A stretch of 64,000 nucleotides of DNA from Nitrososphaeria archaeon (GTDB taxonomy: Archaea; Thermoproteota; Nitrososphaeria; JACIWG01). The stretch lies in NCBI GenBank assembly GCA_963752255.1, contig CAVVXT010000012.1, positions 128,001 through 192,000 of the forward strand, read 5' to 3'. Within the stretch, counting starts at the first letter, position 1, and every line of letters begins with the position of its first letter. Both the position numbers and the translations under genes were made by a program. Below the pieces are notes generated by a model that made no database searches, was not told the origin of the DNA, and saw only the letters and a program-made list of their open reading frames with translations. Positions 52,136-63,486 of this stretch are shown piece after piece.

Positions 52136-54301
52136 CTATTTGGTTTCAGGCGCTTCACTCTTACTGCGTAGGACCACTACAGCTAATATCACTATAAGCA
52201 TAGACGAGATTATAACAGTCAAAATTACGTTCTGTCTAATTTGGATGATGATGGGCACAAAGAGTAAGCTTATCAGATTCATTACTTTAATCATTGGATT
52301 AAGTGCTGGTCCTGCCGTGTCCTTAAGGGGGTCACCTACGGTGTCTCCTATAATTGATGCTTTGTGTTCTTCCGAGCCTTTTCCTCCGTAGAATCCGTCC
52401 TCAATCTTCTTCTTCGCATTATCCCACGCTGCTCCCGTATTAGCCATAAACACTGCAAGAAGTTGTCCGACAAGGATAACTCCAGCTAAGAATGCTCCGA
52501 GAGCTAAATCTCCCAGCACCAGTCCTGCAAGGATTGGAGCTAGAATTCCAAGAAGAGCGAGACCAATTAGCTCCCTTTGTGCCGCTGACGTGACTATTGA
52601 CACGACCTTAGCATAATCAGGTAAAACCGTTCCTTCCATGACTCCGGGTATCTTGAACTGTTTTCTGACTTCTTCAATTATCTTTGAAGCGGTCCTTCCA
52701 ACAGCTCTTATACAAATTGAACTGAAGAGAAATGGTAAAGAACCGCCCACCAACAAGCCTACTAACACTATTGGACTAGTTATGTCGATTGTTATAAACT
52801 CACCAAGACCTACTGCTTCAGCGTATGATGCAAAAAGTGCTATCGCTGCAATTACTGCAGAAGCTATAGCGATAACCTTTGTAACAGCCTTTGTAGTATT
52901 GCCAGCTTGATCAAGGGCCGCTAGAGCGCTATTCGTCTTTTCATCCGCTCCGGCCATCTCAGCTAAACCCCCTGCATTGTCAACAATCGGACCGAACGTG
53001 TCCATTGAGATAGTGTTTCCTGTAAGCGTTAGCATTCCAATACCAGTTAACGCGACACCGTACATCACGAAGATCGCCCCAGCCCCAGTCCAGAATATCA
53101 CCGAAGCTACAACAGTGGCCGCTATGACCAGTAACACCCAGACGGTACTTTCAAATCCTAACGCCAGCCCGTTTAGCAGCAGCGGTGCCGCTCCTGTTTG
53201 AGCTGATCTGGCTATTTGATCCACAGGTTTTCTATCTGGGCTTGTGAAGTAGTTGGTTAACTTGTTAAAGCTTATGGCAAGCAGTATTCCGACTGCAGTC
53301 GAAAGAAAGACCCTCAAATCACCAACATAAAATTGCGCCAATATCAAAAAGCTTGCGCCCGATATGACTGATGATACATCATATGACAAGTCCATCGCTT
53401 TAAAGGCGTTCCCTTTTGTCAGACTGTCAGGCCATAGAGTAACCAGATAGGTTCCTACTATGGTACTAATAACACCTATTGCTCTTACCAGTAATGGAAA
53501 GATAATCCACTTAAATTCAAACGGTTTTATCGCGAGGCCAAGAAGCATCGTCGACACCATTGTTACTTCGTATGATTCAAAAATGTCAGCGGCCATTCCT
53601 GCACAGTCACCCACATTATCTCCAACTAGGTCGGCTACTACAGCAGCGTTTCTTGGATCGTCCTCAGGTATGCCTTTTTCGACCTTTCCTACCAAGTCTG
53701 CTCCAACGTCAGCAGCTTTTGTGTATATTCCTCCGCCTACTCTCATAAAGAGCGCTAAAAGTGTTCCGCCGAAGCCGAAACCTAATAGGACTTCCGGAGC
53801 GTTTTTAAGATAGATCAAGAATATAAAAGTCCCTCCAAGTAGCCCCAGCCCGTCAGTCAACATACCCGTGACTGTGCCTGATCGATATGCGACCTTCAAC
53901 GAATCTTTAAAGCTCTTCCCCGCGGCAACAGCTGTTCTTATATTTCCTTGCACAGCTATGTTCATGCCCAAGAATCCTACCATCGCTGAAAAGAAGGCGC
54001 CCATCAAGAAAGCAGCTGCTCTGCCAAGAGATATTGAAAAAGGCCAACCCGCTAGAGCCGCGGACAGATACAAAAAAATCGCTAAAACACCTATTAGTAA
54101 GATTATTGACTTAAATTGCCTTCGCAGGTAAGCGTTAGCCCCCTGTTTTACACCATTCCAGACTTCAAGAATTTTGCCAGAGCCTTTAGACTGCTTTAAA
54201 ACCTGCCTTGAGAGGAGGAACGCATACAATAATGCGCCGAGGGCAACGATTATTATTGTGTAAAGTGCTGTCTGTTCAAACGGTGAAGGTACTTGAGACA
54301 T
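52136..54301 (-). CDS. hppA: Membrane proton-pumping pyrophosphatase, K+-independent signature
   Basis: GGGIYTKAADVGADLVGKVE, EDDPRN, GDNVGD, GNTTKA, GDTVGDPLKDTAGP. Confidence 0.96.
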   Translation of the reverse strand: MSQVPSPFEQTALYTIIIVALGALLYAFLLSRQVLKQSKGSGKILEVWNGVKQGANAYLRRQFKSIILLIGVLAIFLYLSAALAGWPFSISLGRAAAFLMGAFFSAMVGFLGMNIAVQGNIRTAVAAGKSFKDSLKVAYRSGTVTGMLTDGLGLLGGTFIFLIYLKNAPEVLLGFGFGGTLLALFMRVGGGIYTKAADVGADLVGKVEKGIPEDDPRNAAVVADLVGDNVGDCAGMAADIFESYEVTMVSTMLLGLAIKPFEFKWIIFPLLVRAIGVISTIVGTYLVTLWPDSLTKGNAFKAMDLSYDVSSVISGASFLILAQFYVGDLRVFLSTAVGILLAISFNKLTNYFTSPDRKPVDQIARSAQTGAAPLLLNGLALGFESTVWVLLVIAATVVASVIFWTGAGAIFVMYGVALTGIGMLTLTGNTISMDTFGPIVDNAGGLAEMAGADEKTNSALAALDQAGNTTKAVTKVIAIASAVIAAIALFASYAEAVGLGEFITIDITSPIVLVGLLVGGSLPFLFSSICIRAVGRTASKIIEEVRKQFKIPGVMEGTVLPDYAKVVSIVTSAAQRELIGLALLGILAPILAGLVLGDLALGAFLAGVILVGQLLAVFMANTGAAWDNAKKKIEDGFYGGKGSEEHKASIIGDTVGDPLKDTAGPALNPMIKVMNLISLLFVPIIIQIRQNVILTVIISSMLIVILAVVVLRSKSEAPETK

Positions 54302-54412
54302 ACGATCCCAGACAGAGCTGAGAAAAAAGGGATATTTATACATATAATACTTGTATAGTAGAAAAAAATCCTCTATAATATTACAATTCTAACCAATTTC
54401 TCCTAGGCGGTT

Positions 54413-55372
54413 CTATAAATCTATATTCGCCCTTTTCTTTAAAAATATACGAACATCATCCATATTGGGCAGACCACCTCTTGTTCCATGAGTCGCAACC
54501 TTAATGGCAGCAGCCGAGCTTCCCAACATGATCGCCTTGTCCAATGCGATTCCTTTAACTATCCCGCATATAAAACCTGCTACGAATACATCGCCAGCAC
54601 CTGAAGTGTCCACGGCTTCAGCTTGAAAAACTGGGATAACAGATTTTTTGCCGTGATCAAATAAATGGTATTGTCGTTCTTTTCTTATTACAATAATTGA
54701 GGGACCTAACGCAAGAATATTTTCTATTGTTCCAGTTATATCTTTACCACCAGCTATCAGATAGGCTTCTTTTGAAGTTGAGAGAAAGACGTCTGTATAA
54801 CCTAAAACTCTTCTTTGGACTTCTCGGAATTCTTCCATCGTATTCCAGAGAGATTCTCTTGTGTTCGGATCATAAGAAACTTTAACCCCATTTCTTCTAG
54901 CGGTCTCCAAGATTCTAATCACAGTCTCACGAGTCTTATTCTTTCTTAACATAGCCTCTGAGAAATGGAGCATTTTTGTACGTGATAAATATTCTTCTTT
55001 AATGTCATCTGGCGATAGCATTGTTTCCGGATCTGAAAATCCCGGAAATCTATAAAAGATGTAATGACGCTCTCCTTTTTCGTCAACATTGTAGAAAGCT
55101 ATTCCCGTAGCAAGCTTTTCAACTTTTTTAACGCATGAGACATCAACCCCTTCTTTTCTGAAATCCTTGAGAATAAAGGTTCCAAATTCGTCGTCGCCGA
55201 CGCACCCTAAGAAACCGGTTTTCAAACCGAGCCTTGAAGCAGCGACTAATATATTTGAAACAGATCCTCCAGCATACGGAATGAAAGATTTAACTCCGCT
55301 TAATGGGACACCAGTGTTTGAAGGAGCGAAGTCTATGATTGCAGACCCGAGACCTACAAGATCTAAGCTCAT
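54413..55372 (-). CDS. PfkB-family carbohydrate kinase
   Basis: AGGSVSN, VGDDEFG, SYDPN.R, DTSGAGDVF. Confidence 0.93.
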   Translation of the reverse strand: MSLDLVGLGSAIIDFAPSNTGVPLSGVKSFIPYAGGSVSNILVAASRLGLKTGFLGCVGDDEFGTFILKDFRKEGVDVSCVKKVEKLATGIAFYNVDEKGERHYIFYRFPGFSDPETMLSPDDIKEEYLSRTKMLHFSEAMLRKNKTRETVIRILETARRNGVKVSYDPNTRESLWNTMEEFREVQRRVLGYTDVFLSTSKEAYLIAGGKDITGTIENILALGPSIIVIRKERQYHLFDHGKKSVIPVFQAEAVDTSGAGDVFVAGFICGIVKGIALDKAIMLGSSAAAIKVATHGTRGGLPNMDDVRIFLKKRANIDL

Positions 55373-55519
55373 GCTTTAAAGTTTATACAGATACTGCTTA
55401 ATAAACAAAAAATTTGCCAATTATACAAATAAAGGTTTATTTTAGAAAACTCTTCAGCGGCTCCGTAGATAATATAGCAAAAAAATTATTGATATTGAAA
55501 AACTTTTTCTAAACAAACG

Positions 55520-58093
55520 TTGACACCTTATTGCCAATTGCCTTTAATCAAGTGCCCCATATGCAGGGATGATCTTAGCGTAGATAGCGGTAGCGATGAT
55601 AATACCATATTGTTCTGTCCAAAATGCTGCTATTTTTTTAAGAGCAAGGAAAAAAGAATCGAGAAAGCTTACCTCAAGCTTCTTGTAGAATATGATAAGA
55701 AAGGTTCCCAAATAAAGGAAATATTTAAGCCAACAGAAGACGAAGCAATCGTCAGAAATATAGAAGGCATCAGAAATGAAGTAGAGAAATTTGGGATAAA
55801 ATTCGATGATTTGAAACCTACAATACGGAACCTGTTGGAAGATAAAAAAGGATATGTTGTGAATTACAGGTTCTTCCCCGAGCAAACACCCGAGGATGGA
55901 CCGAAAGTAACCGACATTATTCAAGGGAGGTACAGTCATTGGTTAGAGGTGAATATTTTTAAAAGGTTCTTTAAATTCCAAGCCGAAGCCATTGGAGAAA
56001 TTTTGGATGGAAGAAACGTCGTTCTCGTTGCCCCAACGGGAAGCGGTAAGACGGAAGCATTTGCGATACCTGCTCTCATTAAGACTAGGGAACGTGCAGA
56101 TAAAATTGGTTCAATGAATACAGATAAACAAAAAACTTTTGCTTTGCTAATCTATCCTACCAAGGCTTTAGCGCACGATCAGAAGCCTAGAATAGAGAAA
56201 CTGGCGGAAGGACTGGGGTTGATCGTAGGGGTTTTTGATGGCGATACAAAAAAAGAAGAAAGAGAAAGACTCTACGATCATCCTCCCGATATCTTGATAA
56301 CCAATTTTGACATAATACATATTCATCTATTACTAAACACCAGATTTTCCGGGCTCTTTAAGACAGCAAAAATGATCGTTGTAGATGAAGTTCATAATTA
56401 TATCGGAAGCTTCGGATCCCATATTCATTATATAGTAAGAAGACTTGAGAGATTCACAGGACCCCTTCAGATAATAGCATCATCCGCAACTGTTTATAAC
56501 CCAAAGGAATTTTGCGAAACACTTTTTCACAGAAGATTTAGTGTCGTCGAAGAAGTTGAGGGTAAACATGGGCAGACGCATTTCCTAATAATTTATCCGT
56601 CCATCGTATCTGGAATAGTTTTAAGAGTTAATGCTCTAAAACTGATGACGCGTGACAAGTTTAAGGTTTTATCCTTCTCCAACGGCCACCTGGATGCTGA
56701 ACTACTCCTGCGATATGCCAGGAAAGAAGGAGTCAACGTTGAGATACATAGAGCGGGTCTAACAAAAGAGTTCAGGGAAAGTGTTGAAAAAAGATTCAAA
56801 GAGGGGAATACAAACGCAATTATTTCAACGCCCACCCTTGAGCTTGGGATAGATATAGGTCACGTCGATGCGATTATTTCAGATTTAGTCAATGTTACCA
56901 AGCTGACACAGAGGGCAGGAAGAGCTGGTAGAAGAGGACAGGAAAGTATAATCCTGTTGGTTCTCAGGGAAGACGATCCGATCAGCTCATACTATAGAAA
57001 TCATCCTGACGAATATTTTGCCGACATTTCTGCATGTTATGTTGATCCACTGAATCCTCTTGTGAAAGAAAAACAAATTCTATCGGCGATATGTGATGGA
57101 GCACTAGGATCCGACGAAGAATTATACGAGGTCGATATCGTCAACAAGCTGGAGTCAGATGGTAAGGTTTTAACTAGCAGAGGGCACACCTATCCAACTA
57201 AAGAAGGGAAAAAGGAAGCCTTAGGTGCCAACATTAGGGGAGCTGGGGGGTCAATAGAAATCTTTTGCAACGGTCAGAACATAGGCTTCAGAGAAACAGC
57301 TGTTGGAATTACTGAGCTGCATCCTAACGCTATATATCTACACGGTGGCGAAAACTATCTGAGCAAAGAACTCAAACATGTGGGGGAAAAATGGTTCGCA
57401 AATCTGGAGAAACTGCCAAGAGGCTACCCCTATTACACGAAGTCTCTTGGAACTGTTATGCCCACTGTCACAAATATTAATGAAACAAGACAGGTTTATG
57501 GGTTAAAGGTTTCATTCTGCGACCTTAAGATTAACAAGATAGTATATGGCTACATCCAGAACAAAATAGGTGAAAAAGGAAAACGAGAACAGATACTTTT
57601 AGAGATGCCGATAGAATACGAATATGAGACCAAAGGTTTTGTGTTTAAAGCACCGGTACCTTTGAATTTTAGAAAAAAGTCGAAAGAAGAACCTTCAGTC
57701 GATGAAGACTTTTTAGCAAGTAGCTATCACGCAACAGAACACGTGATAATAGAAGGATCTAACATGATAACTGGAGGTGGAGCGAACGACATGGGCGGAG
57801 TTTCAATGGGAGCTACGGGTATGATCTTCGTTTACGATGGATCAGAAGGAGGAAATGGAGCCTCAAAGCTCCTGTACGATAGATTAGAGGACGCTTTTAG
57901 AAGAGGAAAGAAGATTCTGGAAGAATGTACGTGCACAAATGAAAGTGGATGTCCTAAGTGCACATATTCATACCAATGCGGCAACAACAATAAAATGTTA
58001 CATAAACTCGGCGCTCTAGAAGTGTTTGAAAGAACATTGTCTAAAGAGACTAGTGAACTGGACTTCAATCTACATGACAAAACTATTGTTTAG
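55520..58093 (+). CDS. DEAH helicase with C-terminal DUF1998 (Hrq1/SftH-like) and N-terminal zinc ribbon
   Basis: PTGSGKT, DEVH, SAT, TLELGIDIG, QRAGRAGR, YDG..GGNG, CTC...GCPKC...C. Confidence 0.92.
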   Translation: MTPYCQLPLIKCPICRDDLSVDSGSDDNTILFCPKCCYFFKSKEKRIEKAYLKLLVEYDKKGSQIKEIFKPTEDEAIVRNIEGIRNEVEKFGIKFDDLKPTIRNLLEDKKGYVVNYRFFPEQTPEDGPKVTDIIQGRYSHWLEVNIFKRFFKFQAEAIGEILDGRNVVLVAPTGSGKTEAFAIPALIKTRERADKIGSMNTDKQKTFALLIYPTKALAHDQKPRIEKLAEGLGLIVGVFDGDTKKEERERLYDHPPDILITNFDIIHIHLLLNTRFSGLFKTAKMIVVDEVHNYIGSFGSHIHYIVRRLERFTGPLQIIASSATVYNPKEFCETLFHRRFSVVEEVEGKHGQTHFLIIYPSIVSGIVLRVNALKLMTRDKFKVLSFSNGHLDAELLLRYARKEGVNVEIHRAGLTKEFRESVEKRFKEGNTNAIISTPTLELGIDIGHVDAIISDLVNVTKLTQRAGRAGRRGQESIILLVLREDDPISSYYRNHPDEYFADISACYVDPLNPLVKEKQILSAICDGALGSDEELYEVDIVNKLESDGKVLTSRGHTYPTKEGKKEALGANIRGAGGSIEIFCNGQNIGFRETAVGITELHPNAIYLHGGENYLSKELKHVGEKWFANLEKLPRGYPYYTKSLGTVMPTVTNINETRQVYGLKVSFCDLKINKIVYGYIQNKIGEKGKREQILLEMPIEYEYETKGFVFKAPVPLNFRKKSKEEPSVDEDFLASSYHATEHVIIEGSNMITGGGANDMGGVSMGATGMIFVYDGSEGGNGASKLLYDRLEDAFRRGKKILEECTCTNESGCPKCTYSYQCGNNNKMLHKLGALEVFERTLSKETSELDFNLHDKTIV

Positions 58094-58212
58094 AAAAAAA
58101 TTCGCTACACTTAAGACGGAAGTCTACGTCATTTCCACATAGCTCGCGTACGGATTACAAGATATGATTTTAAAATCAGAGAATATTTAAGAACAAAGAA
58201 TGTATTATTTCG

Positions 58213-58917
58213 TTGGCGAGGCAAAAAGGGTTGAGCAGAACCATAGAACACTTGAAGAACAATTTCACCTTGATATCAAGCCTTAATACGAACAGCGCAG
58301 CACTTGCGATTGCCTCAGAGGAAGCGGGAGTAGATGCTATTGAAGTTCATTTAAACATTGAGGACGCCGCTTCAACCGTTAGATTTGGCGGAATAGATCT
58401 CGAAGAGACGGCAATCAGGGAGATAATCGGTTCAGTAAAGATACCTGTCGGAGTCTGGATAGGGGAAATGCCTATGGTAAATAAAGATGAATGGGAAAAA
58501 ATTGTCGGTACGGGATTAGATTATGTCAAGATGTTAGCTCATCACATGCCCTCGTATGTCCATAATGATGAGAGGCTTAGGAAAATCGTTTCAGTCGGTA
58601 GCGGCTATGTTACAGAATTAATTGAGATACTATCCCATGATAACAAAGTAAGTGTCATTGAAGCCTCGATCATGACACCGCAAGTATTCAGATTACCCTT
58701 GACCCTTTACGACCTATCTAACTATACACTCATTAGAAAGTTATCTTCAAAACCTGTAATCGTACCCTCACAGAAATATATTGAGCCAGCAGACCTGAAG
58801 ATACTCAAAAAGATCGGAATCGAAGGAATTGTCGTAAACAGCATAGTTACAGGCACCACGCCATTAAGTTATAGGGAACTGATACCTGAATATAGGAACG
58901 CTGTAAACGAACTTTAA
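58213..58917 (+). CDS. Conserved hypothetical, probable TIM-barrel protein
   Basis: SEEAGVDAIEVHLN, IPVGV, KPVIVPSQK, GIEGIVV alternating beta/alpha pattern. Confidence 0.6.
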   Translation: MARQKGLSRTIEHLKNNFTLISSLNTNSAALAIASEEAGVDAIEVHLNIEDAASTVRFGGIDLEETAIREIIGSVKIPVGVWIGEMPMVNKDEWEKIVGTGLDYVKMLAHHMPSYVHNDERLRKIVSVGSGYVTELIEILSHDNKVSVIEASIMTPQVFRLPLTLYDLSNYTLIRKLSSKPVIVPSQKYIEPADLKILKKIGIEGIVVNSIVTGTTPLSYRELIPEYRNAVNEL

Positions 58918-58995
58918 AAAAATGAACGACAAAAGCAGTATCAGGGGGTTTAAGAAACTATAAAAAAGGCAGAGTAGTAGATATTAAGATAATTT

Positions 58996-60307
58996 ATGAC
59001 AAGGAAAGCTATCATTCTTGGTGCAGCGGGAAGAGATTTTCACAACTTCAACTTTTACTTCAGAAATAACAAGCAATACAGAGTGATAGCTTTTACGGCG
59101 ACACAAATACCTTACATTTCTAACCGAAGGTATCCTCCAAGTGTATCAGGAAAGAGATATCCAAGAGGCATACCCATATACGATGAAGAAAAAATGGCCG
59201 ACCTTATCGAAAGGAAGCAGATATGCGATGTATTTTTTTCTTACAGTGACGTTTCCCACGAACATGTAATGCACATCGCATCAGAAGCTTTGGCAAAAGG
59301 AGCATCATTCCATCTTCTTGGACCAAAGGACACGATGTTAAAATCAAAGAAAAAGGTGATTTCTGTAGTAGCAACTAGAACAGGTTCAGGTAAAAGCACT
59401 ATTTCTAGATATATTGCATCCGTTATAAAATCGGTCAGAAAAAAACCTGTTGTAGTGAGGCACCCTATGCCATACGGCGACTTGGAGGCGATAGTACAAA
59501 GGTTTGAGAGGTTTGAAGACTTCGAAAAATATAATGTCACAATTGAAGAAAGGGAAGAATACGAACAGCATATGGACGAGGGAACAATAGTTTTTGCTGG
59601 CATAGACTACTATAGGATTTTAAAAGTTGCAGAAAAGGAGGGAGATGTCATTATTTGGGACGGCGGCAACAACGATATGCCCTTCTATTATCCTACTTTG
59701 AATATATGCGTGGCAGATCCTCTAAGGGTGGATGATGCACTTACAAGTTACCCCGGGGAAGTCAACTTAAGGTCAGCCGACGTAATAGCAATAAATAAAG
59801 TAAATGCTTCACCAAAGGCAAAAGTAGAAAGACTTGAAGAAATATGTAGAAGAGAAAATCCCACAGCCATGATCGTTAAAACTTCTTCAGAAGTCAGACT
59901 TGATAGACCTGAACTAGTTGAAGGGAAGAAGGTTCTAGTAATCGAAGACGGACCCACTGTAAGCTCATGGCGGCCTACCCGAAGCCGCAGGCGCCTTCAT
60001 TTCAAGAAAATATGGAGCTACTCTTGTAAACCCCAAAAAAAGCGCTGTCGGCACAATCAAGCAAGCTTACCTTAATTTTAGTCATATTGGAACCGTTCTA
60101 CCGGCTTTAGGATATAGTAGGCAACAGTTGAAGGATCTCGAAGAAACTATATCAAGAATCGAATGTGATGCCGTAGTGTTGGGAACACCGTCAACCCTCT
60201 CCCGCGTAGTTAAGATAATTCAGCCCGTAGCAAGAGTCCACTTTGAAGCAAAAGAAGTTGACGGCAACAAACTGAGAGAAAAGTTAATTAATATTTTAAA
60301 AAACTAA
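58996..60307 (+). CDS. P-loop NTPase, cyclic 2,3-diphosphoglycerate synthetase-like family, frameshifted near 59965
   Basis: GAAGRDFHNFN, RTGSGKST, RHPMPYG, EEREEYE, WDGGNND, EDGPT; the second frame continues HGGLPE...VLPALGY to TAA at 60307. Confidence 0.85.
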
Positions 60308-60315
60308 AAGAAGAG

Positions 60316-60590
60316 ATGGAAAAAATCTTCTCAGCGAAAAGACCAGTACAAGAAAAGGAAGGATGTATCATATAAGAGTAGCCCCAAAGGAAATTGGAAG
60401 ATATATTCTTCTTACAGGAGATCCTGACAGAGTAAAGATCATAGTCGAATATCTTGATAACTCTCAAATTATTAGCGAACATAGGGAGTTCACTGTTCAT
60501 AATGGCTACGTTGAAGGTGAACTCTTACAAAGAAGAATCTTCGAAGGTTCAGTGGAGTCTATAGGGCGTTTAATTAGGGAAAATCTTTAA
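60316..60590 (+). pseudogene. N-terminal fragment of uridine/nucleoside phosphorylase
   Basis: MYHI...YILLTGDPDRV...HREF..G, then homology stops after about 70 codons and apgM begins on the other strand. Confidence 0.75.
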
Positions 60591-61861
60591 CGATCATTTT
60601 TTGCCAGCAAAGATTTAGCTAAGCTCAGCAGAGTGCTGCCTTCTATAGTGCCGTAACTTCCTCTCGAGCAGTCTCTCTCCGTAAACCTACAAATCTTTTC
60701 ATACTTGGGATCCGATGATGCTAAGATAAAAGGAACCGGATCGTCGCTGTGACCTTTTAGGACACAGGGTGTAGCATGATCCGAAGAAACTATTAGCAAG
60801 GTTTCTCCAAGATTAAGTTTATTCTTCAACACTCCGAAAAAATTCTGGTCTATGGCTTCAATAACTTTCTTCTTTGCCGCGTAGTCACCGTCGTGACCAG
60901 GCTCATCAGGTCCCTTGAGATGAACGTAAACTAGACCGTATTCGTTTAATAGCTCCAGAGACTTTTCAGCCTTGACACCGAAATCGGATGGTGAACCAAT
61001 TGAGAGGACATCTGCTTTCAATGTCTTAGCTATTCCTATTTCAACGGGCATGTCAGCGACAATCACAGATTTAAGCCCATAGTATTCCTCAAGCGATCTA
61101 AACCGTGGAAAAGAGCTTCCAGCATCTCTCAGCAATATCATATTAGCTGCAAGTTTTCCTTCCATACGCCGTTTTTCGTTAAGTTCATTACCATTTAGCA
61201 CATTGAAGACCCTGTCGGTAAATTCGTTGACGAGGTCAGCTGAAACCTTCGCTTCTTTGATATTTTTCAGAGGCTCGCACTTAGCCACTCTAAGATCCTT
61301 GGTTGATGGAACCACTACGCCCATACCATGAACTTTTGCATAAGCTGGATCAGTGTTGGAGATCTCATCTGAAAGCTTAATATCGTCTGCTTTAAATAAA
61401 ACGACACATCTATGACCTATTGTTGACCTAACAATTACGTGCTTTTTGGGATCAGAAAGTTTAACTTCATTATTTATGATTTTAGACAGAGCATGAGATT
61501 CTTCTGATGAAAGAGAACGTGCGACTCTCCTATCAATTATTCTAAAATCATCTCCTATCGTAGCAAAGTTTCCCCTTAACGCAAGATCTCCGTCTTTAAA
61601 ATCAAGACCACATCCAAGTGCTTCAACCACCCCCCTGCCAACGTAGCCTTCATTAACCTTGTAGCCAAGCATGCTATAAACTGCAATATCCGATTCAGGT
61701 GCGATTCCCTTGCCTACTGTATATACCAAGCCACCAACGGACTTTCTTGCAAAGAAGTCTAGGTTCGGTGTTGAAGCGGATTCCAACGTTGTAGTATAAT
61801 TAAGTTGGGGAATAGGCCTATCACCTACGCCGTCCAATATCACAAATAGAATATTTTTCAT
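60587..61861 (-). CDS. apgM: 2,3-BPG-independent phosphoglycerate mutase (archaeal type)
   Basis: LDGVGDRP, PESDIA, GRGVVEA, HLKGPDEPGHDG, SDHATP, HSDDPVP. Confidence 0.95.
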   Translation of the reverse strand: MKNILFVILDGVGDRPIPQLNYTTTLESASTPNLDFFARKSVGGLVYTVGKGIAPESDIAVYSMLGYKVNEGYVGRGVVEALGCGLDFKDGDLALRGNFATIGDDFRIIDRRVARSLSSEESHALSKIINNEVKLSDPKKHVIVRSTIGHRCVVLFKADDIKLSDEISNTDPAYAKVHGMGVVVPSTKDLRVAKCEPLKNIKEAKVSADLVNEFTDRVFNVLNGNELNEKRRMEGKLAANMILLRDAGSSFPRFRSLEEYYGLKSVIVADMPVEIGIAKTLKADVLSIGSPSDFGVKAEKSLELLNEYGLVYVHLKGPDEPGHDGDYAAKKKVIEAIDQNFFGVLKNKLNLGETLLIVSSDHATPCVLKGHSDDPVPFILASSDPKYEKICRFTERDCSRGSYGTIEGSTLLSLAKSLLAKNDR

Positions 61862-61981
61862 GCGACTGTCGTCCCCGCCTATCGACAGCTTCCAAAATAA
61901 ATCTTTTAAGCTTTAATACTCACAAATAATGTGCTATGCTAAAACTTATCTTATAAAAACTGTTTTTGTTTAGGAAGTCCC

Positions 61982-63325
61982 TTATTTTTGGTATGTTCCG
62001 TAGGTTGATGGCGTATATCTTGGTTGCGCAGAAGGCTTTTGTTGGACGGTCTGAGGCTGCGGTGCAGCTGTTGTTGGAGGTTTAGGCTTCTTTATGCGGT
62101 AGTACAGTGTCCCAATCTTCCCTTCAAAATCGCTTAAAATACTGTCGAAGGCCGCGAAAGCTTCTGCCGGTGAACTGAACGGGCTAAAGTAAGGATATGC
62201 AGCTTCAGGAGTAACCGTTTTTGTCGACATATAGTGGAAATGATCACTCTGCTGAAGGAAGCGCCAGAGCTTAGTGACGCCGGCATCATTGATCTCTTTG
62301 ACGATTGGTTCAAGACGATATAACCGGTCAAAGGTGATTCTTTGCATCGAGTTGTCGATCCAAGCAGTACAGTCTTTTTCTACATCAGCCCATGAAATTG
62401 TAGCAGTTTCTGGAACATTTATCGCACCAGACGAGGGATTTGAAGCAACGACCTCACTGGGTGTGGACCAGTTGAGGTTGCCTGCCTTGGCAACTTCTTT
62501 AGGAATGTTCTTAAGAAGATCGAATATGCCTGTTTCAGCCGAATGACGTTCCCCGAAGGTTTGGATGTCAACAGAAATTAGTATTACATCTCCGCCGGTC
62601 CTAGACAGCCACTCGACATATTTGTCCGCAGTAAGCGGGTATTCTCCCCAATTCTTTAGAGAAAAACGGAACCCAATATCGTCTGAAAGAATGCAGTGTC
62701 TAAGAAGCAGCTTTATATTTTCTGCACCGACAGTAGAATATACGTAGGTTGGAGAACGCCCTTCTAGAAGCTTGGGAACGCCTTCTGTTAGAATACCTTG
62801 GAAGCCGAGGGACTCCGCTGCCTTTGATATACCGTTGTTGTAGATGAGTTCTGTGTTCTCGAAGACTTTGACCTCGTAGCCAAAAACTTGCTTAATAAGT
62901 TCCTTGTGCTCCTTCACTTGGGTTGCAAATTCGTTTAAACCTAAACTTGAAAGGGAAGATAGTGAATGATAATATGTACCGCCCAACAGCTCGACACTGC
63001 CTGAAGCAATAAAACTTTTTAATTTCTCAACAAGTTGAGGCTCATAGAGAGCTGCCTGATGGAGAAACATGCCGCTCATACCCAAGGACAGCTTGAAAGG
63101 TTTGTCAGATGAAGAGTTCCCTTTAATTATTTCAGAAAGAATATCAAACGTGGGATTATAGCATTTCTTAGAAACTCTCCCAAAAATTTCTCTGTTAAGC
63201 TTGTCGTCAAAATATCGATCTATTAAAGACTCTCCCGCAGCAATTCTCTTCACTCTTTCGTAAGGGAACATGCGGTTCAGTCTTCTTGGCTGATGAATTT
63301 CTAACACTAGCACTATGTCTGTCAT
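61982..63325 (-). CDS. GH57 alpha-amylase-family protein
   Basis: EIHQP, KCYNP, TYYHSL, NTELIY nucleophile, SDDIGFRF, DIQTFGE, SDHFHYM. Confidence 0.92.
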   Translation of the reverse strand: MTDIVLVLEIHQPRRLNRMFPYERVKRIAAGESLIDRYFDDKLNREIFGRVSKKCYNPTFDILSEIIKGNSSSDKPFKLSLGMSGMFLHQAALYEPQLVEKLKSFIASGSVELLGGTYYHSLSSLSSLGLNEFATQVKEHKELIKQVFGYEVKVFENTELIYNNGISKAAESLGFQGILTEGVPKLLEGRSPTYVYSTVGAENIKLLLRHCILSDDIGFRFSLKNWGEYPLTADKYVEWLSRTGGDVILISVDIQTFGERHSAETGIFDLLKNIPKEVAKAGNLNWSTPSEVVASNPSSGAINVPETATISWADVEKDCTAWIDNSMQRITFDRLYRLEPIVKEINDAGVTKLWRFLQQSDHFHYMSTKTVTPEAAYPYFSPFSSPAEAFAAFDSILSDFEGKIGTLYYRIKKPKPPTTAAPQPQTVQQKPSAQPRYTPSTYGTYQK

Positions 63326-63486
63326 TTCAACATTAATCCTAAAGTTCTACTAATAAAGTTTATGGACAGTCGAACCGATAATTTCGTGTTCATTGAACAT
63401 TTAAGTCACAATTAAGGATGTGACTTCAAATAAACATCTACTACAAATTCTTATTAAAAGGATTTAATAACCTTAGAGGGATAAGT

